Shown in pieces: positions 61,103 through 64,000 of a stretch of 64,000 nt of DNA. Below the pieces are notes generated by a model that worked only from the letters and a program-made list of their open reading frames with translations, had not been told where the DNA came from and searched no databases. Position 1 is the stretch's first letter, and the number at the start of each line of letters is the position of its first letter. The DNA lies in the NCBI GenBank assembly GCA_002104945.1, contig MCFH01000064.1:1-64000 (forward strand). The letters run 5' to 3'. The DNA comes from Piromyces finnis finn. Lineage: Eukaryota; Fungi; Neocallimastigomycota. The position numbers and the translations under genes were made by a program.

Positions 61103-62220
61103 TAACAATTTTGTATTAAAAGAAAGAAAATGTGTGAAAATATTACAGAAAATGTAGTAAATGGAAATAAAAAGATATTAATGATAAAACTGATATATAA
61201 TATATATTTATTTTTAATATTTTAATTTAGACTATAGAATGTGTATCATAATAAATTATAATTTTATTATTTTAATTACTATTAGATATATATATATTTT
61301 TAAAATGAATAAATTTTTATAAATATATTTTAAACTTTAATTATAAAATATAGGTAATAAGATAACAAATATTTAAAATAATTTTAAAATAAAAAGCAAT
61401 TTAAATAAAATAGAGATAAAAGTAAAAATTAGAAGCTACATTAAAAGGAAAGAATCCAATATTTATGTTAAATTTTCGAGTTTTTTTTAATTAAAAAATT
61501 TTTAATTTAAATAAATAAATCAAATTTTAATCTTAAATATTTGTAATAAATTATCGAAGTATTTTTTTTACATAAATTATTAATTAAAATGTTTAATTAA
61601 AAAAAATCAATGAATTGTAATTTTAAATTTTTAATTTTTTGTATATATAAAAAAAAATTCTTGTTTTATACTTTTTTTTTTTTTTTTTAAAATATAAAAT
61701 AAGAATTATAAAATTATTTATAACTTTAGGTTTACTATAATTTATTAACGATTTCCTCTTTATAGAAATCAGAAGAATTATTGTTAATAATTTTTTAAAA
61801 TATTGATTTTTTTTTTTCCTGATAATTTACATAATATTAATGAACATATTGGAATTCAAACTTTTTAATACTATAGTAATTAAATAGAGTAATTAATATT
61901 TTAATTAATTAATTATATATTTAAAATAAAAAGAAATAAAAATATGAATATTTGAATTTATTGAAATATAATAATTATATATAATTAATATATATATATT
62001 AATAAATAGCTATATATATTTTTGAAGAAAATTTTCATTAAATTATTTTTTGGTGGTAAATATAGTTTAATAATTGAAATGAGAAAGAATTATATTTAAT
62101 ACCATAATAGATGAAATACTATATATAATATATATATAAGACAAATAAACATGCTATAATTATTAAAGGAATAAATTGTAAGTACTACTTAGTTATAACT
62201 TATTAATATTCAAGGAATAA

Positions 62221-62263
<43 letters not shown>

Positions 62264-63266
62264 ATATTACTACTAATAATAAAATAATAATAATAATAAA
62301 AAAAAAATAACATTATAACTAATTAGTTGCTAAAGTTTTTGTTATTATCATTTTAATCTAGAAGAAAAATTTATAGTTTTGCTAAAATCAGAGACAAATC
62401 AATACAAGAATTTATGAATAATTTGTTTTGATTTCTAGTTTTTTATTCAAATTAAATATTAATTAGAGTATTTTTAGATATATTTACATGTAATATTTTT
62501 TTAAAAAATTTTAAATGATTTTAAAAATTATATATTAAAGTTGAAAGGTATATAATAAACATTTATAGTAAGTAAAACTTACATATAATAGAAAAATGAA
62601 GAAAAATAATTAGATATTTCAAAAATATAACTGAATTATATGAAATTTTCATTTTTGAATAAATTGATTCAATACCAAATTTATAAAATACCACACTAAC
62701 CTAATTTAATTATATAAATATCAAATCGATAAAAACCTTTTAAATTAATATTCCTTATTTCATATTATTATCATTTCTAATTTATTAGAATTATCATTTT
62801 CTTAAAAAAACCAAATACTAATTATATGTATTTCTCATTAATAACAATTCAATCATTTACATAAAATCGTTTTTCATCACCTTTTCATGAAATAAAAATA
62901 AGCATTCTTAATAAGCTATTATTTAAAATTATCATATATATTTTTATAGATATATAATTATTGTCTTTAGGGTTTCAATAATAAATTTTCCTTTTAATAC
63001 CTTCTTAAAAACAACAATTCCAATTATTTATGATCCATATATATATTTATCTTTAGGGGTCCTAAGGGGAACCCCCCATCCTTACAACCCTACGTATCTT
63101 TTCTAAATCATGTTTAACACCATTTAAAATAATTCTGTACACAAAAATTTAAATAGCTTCTCAATTTCAATTTTTTTTAATGGCTCTTCTTTATTTAACA
63201 AGAGTATTTTCTATTTTCATTTAGATTTCTTCATAATAAATTATTTTCAATTTATTCATAAATTAT

Positions 63267-63703
63267 CTAGTTAGCGGCAGCAGCAGCCTTACGGGCAGCG
63301 AAGGAACCCTTCTTAGCGAAACGTTGGTTACGGAGGAACTTTGGGTCAACCTATATATATAACATTATTATTAATATCTTCATTATTTTATTTAAAATTT
63401 CTTTATAATTATCATCTTTAATACATACACCTCTGAGAGATGGGTACTTGTGGTGTGGAGCACGCTTGATACCGTTTCTGTGTTGCTTACGGACTATTAT
63501 TATTATTAATATATAATTTAACAACTGCTTGTCTCTTACATTTTTATAATAATATTTAAAATTTATTGCATTTTCAACTTACTTTGGTTGTGGTTCTATT
63601 ATTATATATACAAATGTAAATATTAATACCATTTCATTTTATATAAAATATACATCATAATATTTTTTTTATTACTTACAGTGTGATTCTTACTCTTAGC
63701 CAT
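63267..63703 (-). CDS. RPL29: 60S ribosomal protein eL29, 61 aa; exons 63703-63680, 63595-63583, 63493-63429, 63350-63267
   Basis: Spliced translation [61 protein letters not shown]. All three introns are GT-AG. Absent from the ORF track. Confidence 0.96.
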
Positions 63704-64000
63704 TTTTTACTATTGTGCCTCTGTTTATAAGACTATTATAAATATATACATATATTATTAATACCATATTCATAACTTTAAAATAACCATCCATCAAATC
63801 TTTACACCCTTTATTTCACTAATGCACATTCAAATATATAACAAATAATAAACATCTAAACCTATATAAACATATTCATTTTAACATAATAACATAAAAA
63901 AGTATAGTTTACCTAAATGTCAAAAACAATTATATGATAATTAGGCAAGAAAGAAGGATCAAATAATATAAATTAAAAAATCTTTTGTTTAATTTTTTTT

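Overview
Extremely AT-rich, intron-rich eukaryotic DNA, most consistent with an anaerobic gut fungus (Neocallimastigomycota; inferred from composition, a presequence-bearing NuoE and a CotH-family gene). In order: two tandem UPF0658-like membrane-protein paralogs (-), complex I 24-kDa subunit NuoE (-), coatomer alpha (+), a decayed non-LTR retrotransposon, a frameshifted orphan ORF, a giant NCoR/SMRT/Snt1-like SANT protein (-), M17 leucine aminopeptidase (-) head-to-head with cyclin H (+), a CotH pseudogene, Vps36 (+), Hsp110 (+), a young 5'-truncated LINE with poly(A) tail and 15-bp target-site duplication, a 1634-aa intronless orphan, UDP-glucose dehydrogenase with a large insertion (-), and a four-exon RPL29 missed by the ORF track (-). 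The most striking signal is a U12-type (minor-spliceosome) AT-AC intron in Vps36 (44411-44512), while the other introns I parsed are GT-AG. Exon boundaries were read by eye, and family assignments come from recalled motifs, not database searches.
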